Notes: a model not told the origin generated them from the sequence alone. 64,000 bases of DNA from an uncultured Candidatus Rokubacteria bacterium (GCA_963754315.1 CAVWFS010000009.1:97168-161167), one strand, 5' to 3'; counted from the stretch's first letter, positions 29,255 through 40,132 are shown. Made by a program: numbers and translations.

Positions 29255-29959
29255 CTGAAGGACCGCAGGCGCTGGGCAATTCTCGTCCTCGCGCTCGCCG
29301 CCCTGGTGGCCATCGTCGGCTATCTCATCGTCACCGACTCGGCGATTGTCCGCTTCATCGTCCGCCTGTACAGCGACAAGCACTATCTGAAGAATCTGGT
29401 GGCCTCCTGGGGATGGATGGCGCCGCTGGTCTTCGTCGGCATCCAGGCCATGCAGGTCATCATCTCGCCCATCCCCGGCGAGATGACGGGACCGGTGGGC
29501 GGGGCCCTCTTCGGTACCCTGTGGGGAGGCATCTACTCGACCATCGGTCTCACCGTGGGCACGCTCATCTGCTTCGGCGCCGGGCGCAAGTGGGGGGAGC
29601 CGCTCGTCCGACCGTGGTTGAGCGAGCACCACTGGAACAAGATGAACTTCATCCTGGAAGCCGAAGGGGCCATCCTCTGTTTCATCCTCTATCTCATTCC
29701 CGGCTTTCCCAAGGACATCATTTCCTACCTGTTCGGCATCAGCCCCATGCCCTTCTGGCTGTTCGCGGTGGTGTCCACCGCCGCCCGCATCCCCGGCACC
29801 ATCATCGCCTCCTACTTCGGCGCCCACGTCGCCGAGCAGCAGTACATTTACGCGCTCGTGTTCATCGCCGTGATCACCGCCCTCTGCCTGCCGCTCTACT
29901 ACTACCGGGACCGCATCATCGGGCGGTTCCACGGCAGGAGACCGCGCCGCGAAGCTTGA
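29255..29959 (+). CDS. TVP38/TMEM64 (DedA/VTT) membrane protein
   Basis: QVIISPIPGE..GGALFG..LYLIPGFPKDIISYLFG..RIPG; start uncertain (CTG after GGAGG). Confidence 0.88.
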   Translation: MKDRRRWAILVLALAALVAIVGYLIVTDSAIVRFIVRLYSDKHYLKNLVASWGWMAPLVFVGIQAMQVIISPIPGEMTGPVGGALFGTLWGGIYSTIGLTVGTLICFGAGRKWGEPLVRPWLSEHHWNKMNFILEAEGAILCFILYLIPGFPKDIISYLFGISPMPFWLFAVVSTAARIPGTIIASYFGAHVAEQQYIYALVFIAVITALCLPLYYYRDRIIGRFHGRRPRREA

Positions 29960-29985
29960 CGCCGGGCGCGCTCGTCCCGTACACT
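29956..29985 (+). promoter_or_regulatory. sigma70 promoter of the aroF leader
   Basis: TTGACG-N18-TACACT; predicted start site about 29992, at GTG-ATG. Confidence 0.7.
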
Positions 29986-29994
29986 GCGGCCGTG

Positions 29995-30075
29995 ATGGGC
30001 ACGCTTCGACACGCGTCCAGGGCCGCCGCCGCATTCTCTTACTTTTACTTTCCGAGGTCTGCCCACTGGCCCTGA
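29995..30075 (+). CDS. aromatic amino acid-rich leader peptide MGTLRHASRAAAAFSYFYFPRSAHWP
   Basis: F-S-Y-F-Y-F cluster plus Trp, immediately upstream of attenuator hairpins and DAHP synthase. Confidence 0.8.
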   Translation: MGTLRHASRAAAAFSYFYFPRSAHWP

Positions 30076-30130
30076 CCTGACGTCGGGCGCCGCGGGCAGA
30101 TCGACCCCGCGGCGCTGGTAACGCTCCCAC

Positions 30131-30157
30131 GCCGCGGGCTCCCGCGGCATTTTTTTT
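30131..30157 (+). terminator. intrinsic terminator of the attenuator
   Basis: GCCGCGG-gctc-CCGCGGC followed by A and T8, 45 nt before the aroF ATG. Confidence 0.85.
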
Positions 30158-30202
30158 CAATGCGAATGGAGCGAGCGCCGGGAGGCGTAGGGAGACAGGT
30201 CC

Positions 30203-31219
30203 ATGATCATCGTGCTGAGGTCGGGTTCGACGGATGCAGAGGTGGCAGAGGTGTGTCAGCGCATCGTGGCCATGGGCTACACGCCCCACACCATTCGCGG
30301 TGAGGTCCGAACGGTCATCGGAGCGGTGGGAGACGACCGCGGCAAAGAGCGGCTTCGCGCGCTGGAGTCGATCGAATGTGTGGAGTCCGTCACCCCGATC
30401 CTGCAACCGTTCAAGCTGGCCAGCCGCGAGGTGCGGCGGGCGAACACCACGATCCAGGTGGGGGAGGTCACGATTGGAGGGCGAGGCCTTGTCGTGATGG
30501 CGGGGCCATGCTCGGTGGAGTCGCGGGCGCAGGTCCTGGACGTGGCCGCAAAGGTCAAGGCGGCCGGGGCCAACGTGCTGCGGGGCGGAGCGTTCAAGCC
30601 GCGCACGTCTCCCTACTCCTTCCAGGGGCTCGAGGAGGAAGGGCTCAAGTTGCTCGACGAAGCCCGGCGCGAGACGGGCCTGCCCGTGGTCACGGAGGTG
30701 ATGGAGACCGAAAAGGTCGAGGTCGTGGCCGAGCATTCAGACATCTTGCAGATCGGCGCCCGCAACGTGCAGAACTTCTCGCTGCTCAAGCGCGTGGCCG
30801 AGACGCGCCGACCCGTCCTCCTCAAGCGCGGGATGTCCACCTCCATTCAGGAGTGGCTGCTCTCGGCCGAGTACATTCTGAGCGGGGGCAATCCCAACGT
30901 CATCCTGTGCGAGCGGGGCATTCGCACCTTCGAGACGGCCACGCGCTTCACCCTCGATCTCAACGCGGTGCCGGTGGTCAAGAAGCTCACGCATCTGCCC
31001 GTCGTGGTGGATCCGAGCCACGGCACCGGCCACTGGGAATATGTGGAGCCCATGGCGCTGGCGGCGGTGGCGGCTGGAGCGGACGGGCTCATCATCGAGG
31101 TGCACCCGAAACCGGAGGAGGCCCTTTCCGACGGCCCCCAATCGCTGAAGCCCGACCGTTTTGCCGCCCTCATGACCAAGGTGAAGCGGATCGCCCAGGC
31201 GCTCGACCGCGACCTGTAG
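30203..31219 (+). CDS. aroF: DAHP synthase type I-beta with N-terminal regulatory domain
   Basis: [60 protein letters not shown]. Confidence 0.95.
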   Translation: MIIVLRSGSTDAEVAEVCQRIVAMGYTPHTIRGEVRTVIGAVGDDRGKERLRALESIECVESVTPILQPFKLASREVRRANTTIQVGEVTIGGRGLVVMAGPCSVESRAQVLDVAAKVKAAGANVLRGGAFKPRTSPYSFQGLEEEGLKLLDEARRETGLPVVTEVMETEKVEVVAEHSDILQIGARNVQNFSLLKRVAETRRPVLLKRGMSTSIQEWLLSAEYILSGGNPNVILCERGIRTFETATRFTLDLNAVPVVKKLTHLPVVVDPSHGTGHWEYVEPMALAAVAAGADGLIIEVHPKPEEALSDGPQSLKPDRFAALMTKVKRIAQALDRDL

Positions 31220-31278
31220 GGCGGAGGGGAACGGAGGCGGACGGGTGAATTGCTCCCTGCAGTTATAATCGAGCACAC

Positions 31279-32373
31279 ATGAACACGAGGCTGCTCCGGC
31301 TGCTGCGTGCCCGCCGCGGCCTCCTCAAGTTCCTGCGTGAGCGCCCGATCTCGGGCTCGGTCCTCTCGGTGCTGGTGCACGTCGCTGCGCTGGGGCTGAT
31401 CCTGTGGTTCGGGCTTCCGATGGCTCAGCCGAGAGCGCGCCCAGGCGAAGCGCTGTTCGTCGAGCTGCCTCAACTCCCGGAACCGGCACCGCGCGGCAAC
31501 CCATCTGTGCGGGAGCGCGGTCCGGACGGCGCCCCCGAAGCTTCGCGGCCGCCGACGCCGCCGTTACCACCGGCACCCAAGGCGGCGCCAGCGCCTTCTC
31601 GGCCTGCGCCCGCGCCAAGCCGGCCCGCTGAGCCAGCGCCGCCGCGCGTGGCATCGGCTCCCCCATCGCTTCCGGCGCGGGATCCGGCGCCGCCGAGACA
31701 AGCCGCGCCCGTGCCACCGCCAGAGCCAAGCGCGACACCAGCACCCGCTCCATCGGCACCAGACACTCGCGCGCCTCAAGCGGCTCCCGCGCCGCCCCCT
31801 CCTCCTGCCCCCCCGGCACCGGCGCCCACCGCTCCGGGGATTGCATGGCCGCCGAAGCCCGAGGCGCCGGGACTGCGCGGTGGTCCGGCCGTGGCCTCAA
31901 TTCCAGGGGCGGGGTCGCCGGGTCGTGACGCGGCCCCGGACATGAAGAGTGCCCTGCGGCGTGGAGCGGGCGGAGGTGGAGGTAGCCGGGACGGTCGGGG
32001 AGGGATCGACGGTGAGCCGATCCCGCTCGATTCCAAGGATCCCAAGTACAGCGACTACCTGGATCGGGTGCGCGAGATGATCAAGGCCAAGTGGATCTAT
32101 CCCTGCGTGCCGAATCCCGCCAGTCGCACATGCGAGTACAAGTCGGCGGCGCTCGAGATCGAGTTCGGCATCGCCAAGGACGGCCGGGTACCGTTCGTGA
32201 TCGTCCGCCAGGCCTCGCAGTTCGGGATCTACGACGAGTACGCCGTGAACGCCATCAAGCTCGCCTCCCCTTTTCCGCCGGTGCCCGACGATCTCAGCAA
32301 GAAGGGGATCCCTATCCTCGCCCGTTTCAACTACGTCCTCGAGACTTCCTCGCTGACCAACCTCCTCCGCTGA
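31279..32373 (+). CDS. TonB/TolA-like energy transducer
   Basis: TM with SVLVH motif, long Pro-rich linker, TonB_C domain ([25 protein letters not shown]). Confidence 0.85.
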   Translation: MNTRLLRLLRARRGLLKFLRERPISGSVLSVLVHVAALGLILWFGLPMAQPRARPGEALFVELPQLPEPAPRGNPSVRERGPDGAPEASRPPTPPLPPAPKAAPAPSRPAPAPSRPAEPAPPRVASAPPSLPARDPAPPRQAAPVPPPEPSATPAPAPSAPDTRAPQAAPAPPPPPAPPAPAPTAPGIAWPPKPEAPGLRGGPAVASIPGAGSPGRDAAPDMKSALRRGAGGGGGSRDGRGGIDGEPIPLDSKDPKYSDYLDRVREMIKAKWIYPCVPNPASRTCEYKSAALEIEFGIAKDGRVPFVIVRQASQFGIYDEYAVNAIKLASPFPPVPDDLSKKGIPILARFNYVLETSSLTNLLR

Positions 32374-32400
32374 AATCGCCTGTAGTCACGCGCGCTTGCC

Positions 32401-32430
32401 TTGACACATCGACGAAACCACGTGTAGCAT
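32401..32430 (+). promoter_or_regulatory. sigma70 promoter for tRNA-Val/thrS
   Basis: TTGACA-N18-TAGCAT. Confidence 0.7.
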
Positions 32431-32445
32431 GGGTCACTCTGAAAC

Positions 32446-32520
32446 AGGCTCGTAGCTCAGTGGGAGAGCGCCTCTCTGACGCAGAGGAGGTCGGCGGTTC
32501 GAAACCGCCCGAGCCTACCA
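32446..32520 (+). tRNA. tRNA-Val(GAC)
   Basis: Acceptor stem AGGCTCG/CGAGCCT, anticodon stem CCTCT-ctGACgc-AGAGG, TTCGAAA T-loop, encoded CCA. Confidence 0.97.
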
Positions 32521-32620
32521 TGGACATCCGAGAGCACCATGGGGCCGTGGGCCTGCTGGTGCTCTCTCCGTTTTAGGAAGACACGGACGACGTAGCTTTT
32601 AGGAGAGACGACGTAGACAG

Positions 32621-34411
32621 ATGGGCGAACCGGAACAGGATCGGCACCTCAAGCTGACGGGCGACTTCGACTGCGACAACACCCCCCTGGCCACCTTGCG
32701 CCACTCCACCTCGCACGTGATGGCGCAGGCTGTGAAGCGGTTGTTCCCCGCCGTGAAGGTGGCGATCGGCCCGGCCATCGAGGACGGCTTCTACTACGAC
32801 TTCGCCAAGGCGGAGCCGTTCACCCCCGACGATCTGCCCCGCATCGAGGCGGTGATGCGCGAGATCGTGGCCAGCGATCTGCCCTTCGAGCGGATCGAGA
32901 TGTCGCGTCCCGAGGCCATCGCGTTCTTCCGCGAGCGTGGCGAGCCCTACAAGGTCGAGATCCTGGAGGGGATCGAGGCGGAGCGTGTGTCCCTCTATCG
33001 TCAGGGTGAGTTCATCGACCTCTGCCGCGGCCCACACGTCGGGTCAACGAGCCAGCTCAAGGTCTTCAAGCTCCTGTCCTCGTCGGGCGCCTACTGGCGG
33101 GGCGACGAGAAGAACCCGATGCTGTGGCGCATCTACGGGACGGCCTGGCTCACCGCCGAGGATCTTGATCGGCATGTGTGGCGGCTGGAAGAGGCCAAGA
33201 AGCGAGAGCACCGCAAGCTGGGACGGGACCTGGACCTGTTCGTGTTCCACGACATCTCGCCGGGGGCGCCCTTCTGGCTGCCGAACGGTATGGTCATCTT
33301 CCGCCAGCTCGAACAGTTCTGGCGCGAGGTGCATGACACAAGGGGCTACCTCGAAACCTCCACGCCGATCCTCGTCAACAAGAAGCTCTGGGAGCAGTCG
33401 GGGCACTGGGAGCACTACAACGAGAACATGTTCAAGCTGGACGTTGAGGACCAGACGTTCAGCCTGAAGCCGATGAACTGCCCCGAGTCCACCTACGTGT
33501 ATCGGCACGCGCTGCGCTCGTATCGGGATCTCCCGCTTCGCATCGCCGAGATCGGGCGGCTGCACCGTAACGAGCGCTCGGGGACGTTGACGGGCCTGTT
33601 CCGGGTGCGCCAGATCACCATGGACGACGCCCACATCTACTGCCGCCCCGATCAAGTACAAGACGAGATCACGGCCGTGCTGACGCTCGTGCGAGAGTTT
33701 TACAAGATCCTCGACCTGGAACCGTCCTTCAAGCTGGCCACCCGGCCCGTGACCTACCTCGGCACCCTGGAGCAGTGGGACGCCGCCGAACGGGCGCTGC
33801 TGGAGGCCCTCCGCGGGAACGGGCTGGCCTACGAACTGACGCCGGGCGACGGCGCCTTCTATGGTCCGAAGATCGACATCGACATCCAGGACATCCTGGG
33901 ACGAAAGTGGCAGCTCGCCACCATTCAGCTCGATTTTCAACAGCCCGAGCGCTTCCGCCTCGAGTACATCGATGCCGACGGCCAGCCCAAGCGGCCGGTC
34001 ATGGTGCATCGGGCCATCTTTGGCTCGTACGAGCGATTCATCGGCATCTTGACCGAGCACTTCGCGGGCGCCTTCCCCACCTGGCTGGCTCCCGTGCAGG
34101 CGCGGGTGATTCCCATCAGCGAGAAGCACGGGGATTACGGGCGCGGGGTGCATGAGCGCCTGCGGGCCGCTCGCGTGCGGGCGGAACTGGACGATCGCAA
34201 CGAGAAGCTGGGCTACCGCATTCGGGACGCCCAGCTGCGAAAGGTCCCCTATATGCTCGTGGTGGGCGAGCGCGAAGCCCAGAACGGCACCGTGAGCCTT
34301 CGGCACCGTACCGGCGACGACCTCGGGGCCCAGCCGCTCGAACGCGTGCTCGACGATCTTCAGCGCGAGATCGCCGCACGCTCCGTGAACCTGACCGTGG
34401 GCCGCTCGTGA
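32621..34411 (+). CDS. thrS: threonine--tRNA ligase
   Basis: LRHSTSH, DLCRGPH, KPMNCP, HRNERSG, FYGPKID, MVHRAIFGS. Confidence 0.98.
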   Translation: MGEPEQDRHLKLTGDFDCDNTPLATLRHSTSHVMAQAVKRLFPAVKVAIGPAIEDGFYYDFAKAEPFTPDDLPRIEAVMREIVASDLPFERIEMSRPEAIAFFRERGEPYKVEILEGIEAERVSLYRQGEFIDLCRGPHVGSTSQLKVFKLLSSSGAYWRGDEKNPMLWRIYGTAWLTAEDLDRHVWRLEEAKKREHRKLGRDLDLFVFHDISPGAPFWLPNGMVIFRQLEQFWREVHDTRGYLETSTPILVNKKLWEQSGHWEHYNENMFKLDVEDQTFSLKPMNCPESTYVYRHALRSYRDLPLRIAEIGRLHRNERSGTLTGLFRVRQITMDDAHIYCRPDQVQDEITAVLTLVREFYKILDLEPSFKLATRPVTYLGTLEQWDAAERALLEALRGNGLAYELTPGDGAFYGPKIDIDIQDILGRKWQLATIQLDFQQPERFRLEYIDADGQPKRPVMVHRAIFGSYERFIGILTEHFAGAFPTWLAPVQARVIPISEKHGDYGRGVHERLRAARVRAELDDRNEKLGYRIRDAQLRKVPYMLVVGEREAQNGTVSLRHRTGDDLGAQPLERVLDDLQREIAARSVNLTVGRS

Positions 34412-34506
34412 GCGAGTGGCCGGCCCGCCGCCGCCCGGGCGCGGGCGGATGCCCTCCCGCGGTCCTTTTCCCGGCGTGCCTCGATCGAGGCGAGTAGGAG
34501 CGAACT

Positions 34507-35028
34507 ATTAGCCAAGGCAAAGAGATTCGCATCAACGAGGCGATCCGTGTGCGTGAGGTGCGCGTCGTCAGCGAGACAGGTGAGCAACTCGGTGTCATAC
34601 CCACCCAGCAGGCCCTGGAGACGGCCCGCCAGCGCGAGCTCGATCTGGTGGAGGTGGCGCCCGACGCCACGCCGCCTGTGTGTCGCATCATGGACTTCGG
34701 GAAGTACAAGTACACACAGGCGCGGCGGCTGAAGGAGGCGCGCAAGAAGCAGACCACCATCCAGGTCAAGGAAGTGAAGATGGGTCCCAAGACGGAGAAG
34801 CACGACTTCGACTTCAAGTTGAAGCACGTGCGCCGCTTCATCGAGGATGGCCACAAGGCCAAGGTGACCGTCCGCTTCAAGGGCCGCGAGATGGCCCATA
34901 CCGAGCTCGGCTGGAAGATGCTCCAGAAGATGGTGGACTCGGTGCTCGACATCGCCAACGTGGAGAACAATCCGAGGATGGAAGGACGGATGCTCCACAT
35001 CATGCTGTCGCCGAAAGCCCAGAACTAG
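34507..35028 (+). CDS. infC: translation initiation factor IF-3 (ATT start)
   Basis: AGGAG SD then ATT at 34507 in frame with IRINEAIR..LDLVEVAP..PPVCRIMDFGKY. Confidence 0.95.
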   Translation: MSQGKEIRINEAIRVREVRVVSETGEQLGVIPTQQALETARQRELDLVEVAPDATPPVCRIMDFGKYKYTQARRLKEARKKQTTIQVKEVKMGPKTEKHDFDFKLKHVRRFIEDGHKAKVTVRFKGREMAHTELGWKMLQKMVDSVLDIANVENNPRMEGRMLHIMLSPKAQN

Positions 35029-35050
35029 CGGATTGGGTGGAGAGACATCG

Positions 35051-35248
35051 ATGCCGAAAATGAAGACCAAGCGGGGCGCCGCCAAGCGCCTGAAGAAGAC
35101 GGCGTCCGGCAAGCTCACGCGCGCCGGCGGATGGAAGCAACACAAGCTGGAGAAGAAACAGCCGGGACGCCGTCGACGGCTGCGCCAAGGGAAGCTGATC
35201 CACCCCGCCGACGTACCGCGCATGGAGCGCCTCGTCCCGTATCTGTGA
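35051..35248 (+). CDS. rpmI: 50S ribosomal protein L35
   Basis: MPKMKTKRGAAKRLKKTASGK; position between infC and rplT. Confidence 0.97.
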   Translation: MPKMKTKRGAAKRLKKTASGKLTRAGGWKQHKLEKKQPGRRRRLRQGKLIHPADVPRMERLVPYL

Positions 35249-35307
35249 CAGCGGCCCTCGCCCCACGGGGCGGCCGAGATTTTCGACGAAGGCAGGAGGA
35301 GTGAGGA

Positions 35308-35664
35308 ATGCCACGGGCAAAGGGTGGCGCGAAGACGCGCCAGCGTCGTAAGAAGGTACTGAAGAAGGCGAAAGGCTATGTGGGGGGACGCAGCCGGCTC
35401 TACCGTACGGCGAAGGAGACCGTCCTGCGGGCAGGGGCGTTCGCCTACCGTGATCGAAAGGCGAAGAAGCGAGCGGCCCGGGGGCTCTGGATCGTCCGCA
35501 TCAACGCGGCCTGTCGGGAGGCGGGCCTCTCGTACTCGGCGTTCATGGCCGGACTCAAGAGGGCCGGGATCCTCCTCAACCGCAAGGTCCTGTCAGAGCT
35601 CGCCGCCAGTGATCCCGCCGGGTTCGCGAAGCTGATCGAGAGCGCGAAGGCCGCCGCTCGCTAA
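35308..35664 (+). CDS. rplT: 50S ribosomal protein L20
   Basis: [21 protein letters not shown]. Confidence 0.98.
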   Translation: MPRAKGGAKTRQRRKKVLKKAKGYVGGRSRLYRTAKETVLRAGAFAYRDRKAKKRAARGLWIVRINAACREAGLSYSAFMAGLKRAGILLNRKVLSELAASDPAGFAKLIESAKAAAR

Positions 35665-35671
35665 GGGCGCC

Positions 35672-36695
<1,024 letters not shown>

Positions 36696-36710
36696 CGACT
36701 CCCGAGCGCT

Positions 36711-39113
36711 GTGAAGATTCCGTATAGCTGGATTCGCGAGTTCGTCGACCTCGACCTGGCCCCGACCGAGGCGGCCGACCGCCTCGTCAACGCTGGCATC
36801 GAGGTGGCGAGCGTCACCCCGCTGGCTCCTCCCGAGATGGCCGGAGTGGTCATCGGGGAGATCCGGGCCATCGACCGGGAGCTGGGCGAGAGCCAGGGCC
36901 ACCGCCTGCGCCTGTGCCGTGTGTCGACCGGGCGAGATACCTACGCGGTCGTGTGCGGAGCCCCGAACGCCGGGCCGGGGGTGCGGGCGGCCTTTGCGCC
37001 GCCGGGAGCGGTTCTGCCCGGCGGGCGTCGGATCGAGGCGGTGAAGATCCGCGGCGTCATGTCCCAGGGCATGCTCTGCTCCGAGCGCGAGCTCGGCATG
37101 GGCGACGAGCACGAAGCCGGAGTTCTCGCCCTGGACCCTGATGCTCCTCTGGGAGCTGACCTGGTCAAGCACCTCGGCCTCGCGGACAGTGTGCTCGAGA
37201 TCGAGATCACCCCCAATCGCCCCGATTGCCTCTCCGTGGTGGGGGTGGCCCGCGAGCTGGCGGCGCTCACGGCGAGGACGTTCCGGCCGCCCATCATCGC
37301 GCCGAAAGAATCGGACGTCTCCGTGAGCACGCTCGCCCGTGCCCGCATCGAGGCGCCGGATCTGTGCGCGCGCTTCACGGGACGCGTCATCTCCGGCGTG
37401 CGTGTAGGTCCCTCGCCCGCGTGGATGGCGACTCGGCTGCGGGCGGTAGGCTTGCGCCCCATCAGCAACGTCGTCGACGTGACCAACTACGTGCTGTGGG
37501 AGCTCGGTCACCCGCTGCACGCCTTCGATTACGACACGGTGACCGCGGGCACCATCGTGGTCCGCCGGGCCGCCGCCGGCGAGGTCCTCCGGACGCTCGA
37601 CGGCGTGGAGCGGACGCTCAGCGACACCATGCTGGTCATCGCCGATCCCGCGCGGGCCATCGCTGTGGCCGGCGTCATGGGCGGGGCGGCCACCGAGGTC
37701 AGCGGCGGCACCACACGGGTATTGCTCGAGAGTGCCTATTTCGCTCCCGTCTCCATCCGCCGTACGGCGCGGGCGCTCGGGCTGGCGACCGACGCCGCCT
37801 ATCGCTTCGAGCGCGGTGCGGACATCGAGGCCCTCGTCGATGCCAGTGCGCGGGCGGCACAGCTCATGGCGGAAGTGACCGGTGGAACCATCGCGCGGGG
37901 GCTCGTCGATGTGTATCCGGCGCCGCAACCCCGGCCGCGCGTGCGCCTGCGCATGACGCGGGTACAGCGGGTTCTGGGAGTGGCGCCGCCACGGGCAGAT
38001 GCTCTCGGCATCCTCCGGGGACTGGGCCTGCCCGCCGCCGAGCACGGCGACGAGGTTGAGGTCGAGGTGCCGAGCTTCCGCCGGGACATCACGATGGAGG
38101 ATGATCTCGTGGAGGAGATCATCCGCGTATGGGGCTACGACAGGATCCCGTCCACGCCGCCGACGGGGGCCATCCAGCTCGTCACCCAGCCCGACAGCGT
38201 GCGGCAGGAGGCGGTGGTGCGGCGAGCCTTGGTCGGCGCAGGCCTCACCGAAGTAATCACCTATAGCTTTGCCGGGCCCCACCCCGACGGCACCTTGCCC
38301 CCCCTCGATGGCTCCGAGCCCATGCAGCTGCTGAACCCCTTGGGCCAGGACGCGGCGTTCATGCGGCGTCATCCGCTGGAGGGCATCCTGGGCGCCGTGG
38401 CCTTGAATCTCCGCCGCCAGCAGCCGAACCTGGCGCTGTTTGAAATCGGGCGCACGTATGGTCGGACAGAGGGGACGATCCGCGAAGCACGCTGGGCAGT
38501 CGCCGCGCTGGCGGGCTCGCGTGAGCGTCCAGGTTGGGGATCCGGGCCGGAACGGGTCGATGTGTACGATGCCAAGGGGATTGCCGAGCACATCCTCGCG
38601 GCGCTTCGATTCAGGGCCGATGGCCTGCGGGAGGTGCCGATCGCAGGCCTGGAGCCTGACACCGCCGGTGCCCTGGAGGTTGGTGGCGTACAGTGCGCGA
38701 TCTTCGGCGAAGTGGCTCTGCCCGTTCGCACGCGGCTCGGCATCGATTCGCCGGTCTTCACGGTGCTCGTCCCGCTTGACGTACTCACGAGCCTGCCGGC
38801 TCCGGTCGTCCGGTATGAGCCGCTGCCACGCTATCCTTCGGTGGCGCGCGACGTTGCCTTCCAGATCGGGCCTGAAGGCGGGCCGACAGCCGCCGCCCTG
38901 GAGGCGGCGATGGCACACGAGGCGGGGCCGCTTCTGCGCGAGATCACCCTATTCGATGTGTTCCGCTTTCCCGACGGACGTCGGAGCCTGGCCTGGCGCC
39001 TTGTCTTCCAGGCTTCCGACCGCACCTTGACCGATGACGAGGTCAACACCATTCACGCGCGCGTGGTGCGGCGCGTATGCGACGAATTCCACATCTCGCT
39101 GCGAGGGGTCTGA
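36711..39113 (+). CDS. pheT: phenylalanine--tRNA ligase beta subunit
   Basis: VCGAPN, GMLCSEREL, ITPNRPDCLS, RFERG, DLVEEIIR, RTLTDDEV. Confidence 0.98.
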   Translation: MKIPYSWIREFVDLDLAPTEAADRLVNAGIEVASVTPLAPPEMAGVVIGEIRAIDRELGESQGHRLRLCRVSTGRDTYAVVCGAPNAGPGVRAAFAPPGAVLPGGRRIEAVKIRGVMSQGMLCSERELGMGDEHEAGVLALDPDAPLGADLVKHLGLADSVLEIEITPNRPDCLSVVGVARELAALTARTFRPPIIAPKESDVSVSTLARARIEAPDLCARFTGRVISGVRVGPSPAWMATRLRAVGLRPISNVVDVTNYVLWELGHPLHAFDYDTVTAGTIVVRRAAAGEVLRTLDGVERTLSDTMLVIADPARAIAVAGVMGGAATEVSGGTTRVLLESAYFAPVSIRRTARALGLATDAAYRFERGADIEALVDASARAAQLMAEVTGGTIARGLVDVYPAPQPRPRVRLRMTRVQRVLGVAPPRADALGILRGLGLPAAEHGDEVEVEVPSFRRDITMEDDLVEEIIRVWGYDRIPSTPPTGAIQLVTQPDSVRQEAVVRRALVGAGLTEVITYSFAGPHPDGTLPPLDGSEPMQLLNPLGQDAAFMRRHPLEGILGAVALNLRRQQPNLALFEIGRTYGRTEGTIREARWAVAALAGSRERPGWGSGPERVDVYDAKGIAEHILAALRFRADGLREVPIAGLEPDTAGALEVGGVQCAIFGEVALPVRTRLGIDSPVFTVLVPLDVLTSLPAPVVRYEPLPRYPSVARDVAFQIGPEGGPTAAALEAAMAHEAGPLLREITLFDVFRFPDGRRSLAWRLVFQASDRTLTDDEVNTIHARVVRRVCDEFHISLRGV

Positions 39114-39310
39114 TGGCTGATGGAGTTCTGGAGCGACTGGCACAGCTGGAGGAGGCAGTACGACGGGCAAGCGATTCCCTGGTCCGTCTGCGCGAGGAGA
39201 ACGAGCAGCTCCGGCGCGAAGTAGCGCGCCTCGGCGACGAGCGCCGCCAAGTGGCATCACAAATCGACACGATCCTCAAAGACATCAGCAAGCTTGATCT
39301 CGGCACCTAA
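39113..39310 (+). CDS. ZapB-like short coiled-coil protein
   Basis: Heptad-rich 65 aa; TGATG overlap with pheT; upstream of zapA. Confidence 0.75.
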   Translation: MADGVLERLAQLEEAVRRASDSLVRLREENEQLRREVARLGDERRQVASQIDTILKDISKLDLGT

Positions 39311-39348
39311 CCCAAGAAACCGCGCACGCACGCCGGGCGCGGCAAGTA

Positions 39349-39518
39349 TCGAAGTGTGGTAGCAGCACCCAAAGCAAGCGTGATCCCGAGGGGTGCGGCA
39401 CGGAGGGTGTCGGAGTGTAGTAACAGCACCCAAAGCAAGCGTGATCTCGAGGGGTGCGGCACGGAGGGTGTCGGAGTGTAGTAACAGCACCCAAAGCAAG
39501 CGTGATCCCGAGGGGTGC
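39349..39518. repeat. 61 bp tandem repeat, about 2.8 copies
   Basis: CAGCACCCAAAGCAAGCGTGATC at 39363, 39424 and 39485. Confidence 0.9.
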
Positions 39519-39583
39519 CACGGGTCCCCCGGGGCACCCCGAACGCTTGGGGGGCCTGGGGGGCCCTTTCGAGGCCCCCCATA
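39509..39583 (-). repeat. REP-like element of the same family as 26304, reverse orientation
   Basis: Reverse complement reads ATGGGGGGCCTCGAAAGGGCCCCCCAGGCCCCCCAAGCGTTCGGGG..CCGTGGCACCCCTCG. Confidence 0.85.
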
Positions 39584-39602
39584 TGGAAGGAGCCACACGC
39601 CG

Positions 39603-39890
39603 ATGGCAGAACCGGTACGGGTCGAGTTGACTGTGCTGGGGGAGGCGCTGTCCATCCGTACGAGCGAATCCCCTGAGTATGTTCGGTCCTTGGCCGATTT
39701 CGTCGAGGCGCGCGCGAGGACCCTGGGGGCGGCGACACGCTCCCTCACGAGCGTGCTCCTGTTGACAGCTCTCGATATCACGGACGAGCTCTTCCGGACA
39801 CGCGACGAGCGGACCCGGCTCGACGGCGCCGTCGGCGCCCGACTGGGTGCTCTGCTCAGCGAGCTGGAACGGGCCAGCGAGAAGGCTTGA
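39603..39890 (+). CDS. zapA: cell division protein ZapA
   Basis: VELTVLGEALSIR..EYVRSLADFVE..LLTALDITDELF; precedes 6S RNA. Confidence 0.88.
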   Translation: MAEPVRVELTVLGEALSIRTSESPEYVRSLADFVEARARTLGAATRSLTSVLLLTALDITDELFRTRDERTRLDGAVGARLGALLSELERASEKA

Positions 39891-39920
39891 CGAGAGCCTC
39901 GGCGCCGGGTACATAAGAGA

Positions 39921-40103
39921 CGTCCCTGCGCTGTACGTGATGCCGGGGGGAAGTTTCAACCTCATTACCCAAACGGGAGCTGTGAACGAGGGTCGTGTGC
40001 AAGCCCCTCTCAGAAGGGGAAGCCTGAAGCCCTCCAACTAACGGCGCCCACCTGGTCAACACCAGGTTCGAAACACCGCCGGCACACGGCAGAGGTGGGG
40101 ATT
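39921..40103 (+). ncRNA. ssrS: 6S RNA
   Basis: Located between zapA and rny; end-to-end pairing (GTCCC..CTGT..GCCGG with CCGGC..ACGG..GGGAT) around a central bubble; boundaries approximate. Confidence 0.8.
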
Positions 40104-40132
40104 TGACTCCTCTGTCCCCACCCACCTATACT
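40103..40132 (+). promoter_or_regulatory. sigma70 promoter for rny
   Basis: TTGACT-N18-TATACT. Confidence 0.65.

Noticed and set aside
31440..31990. Pro/Ala-rich low-complexity repeats
   Set aside because: Explained as the normal TonB periplasmic linker
32446..32620. tRNA-Val as an island integration site
   Set aside because: No integrase and no duplicated tRNA 3' end seen; tRNA-Val before thrS is an ordinary arrangement
39349..39518. Possible CRISPR array (period 61 bp)
   Set aside because: The would-be spacers are identical, so this is a tandem repeat; it is continuous with a REP element and no cas genes are present
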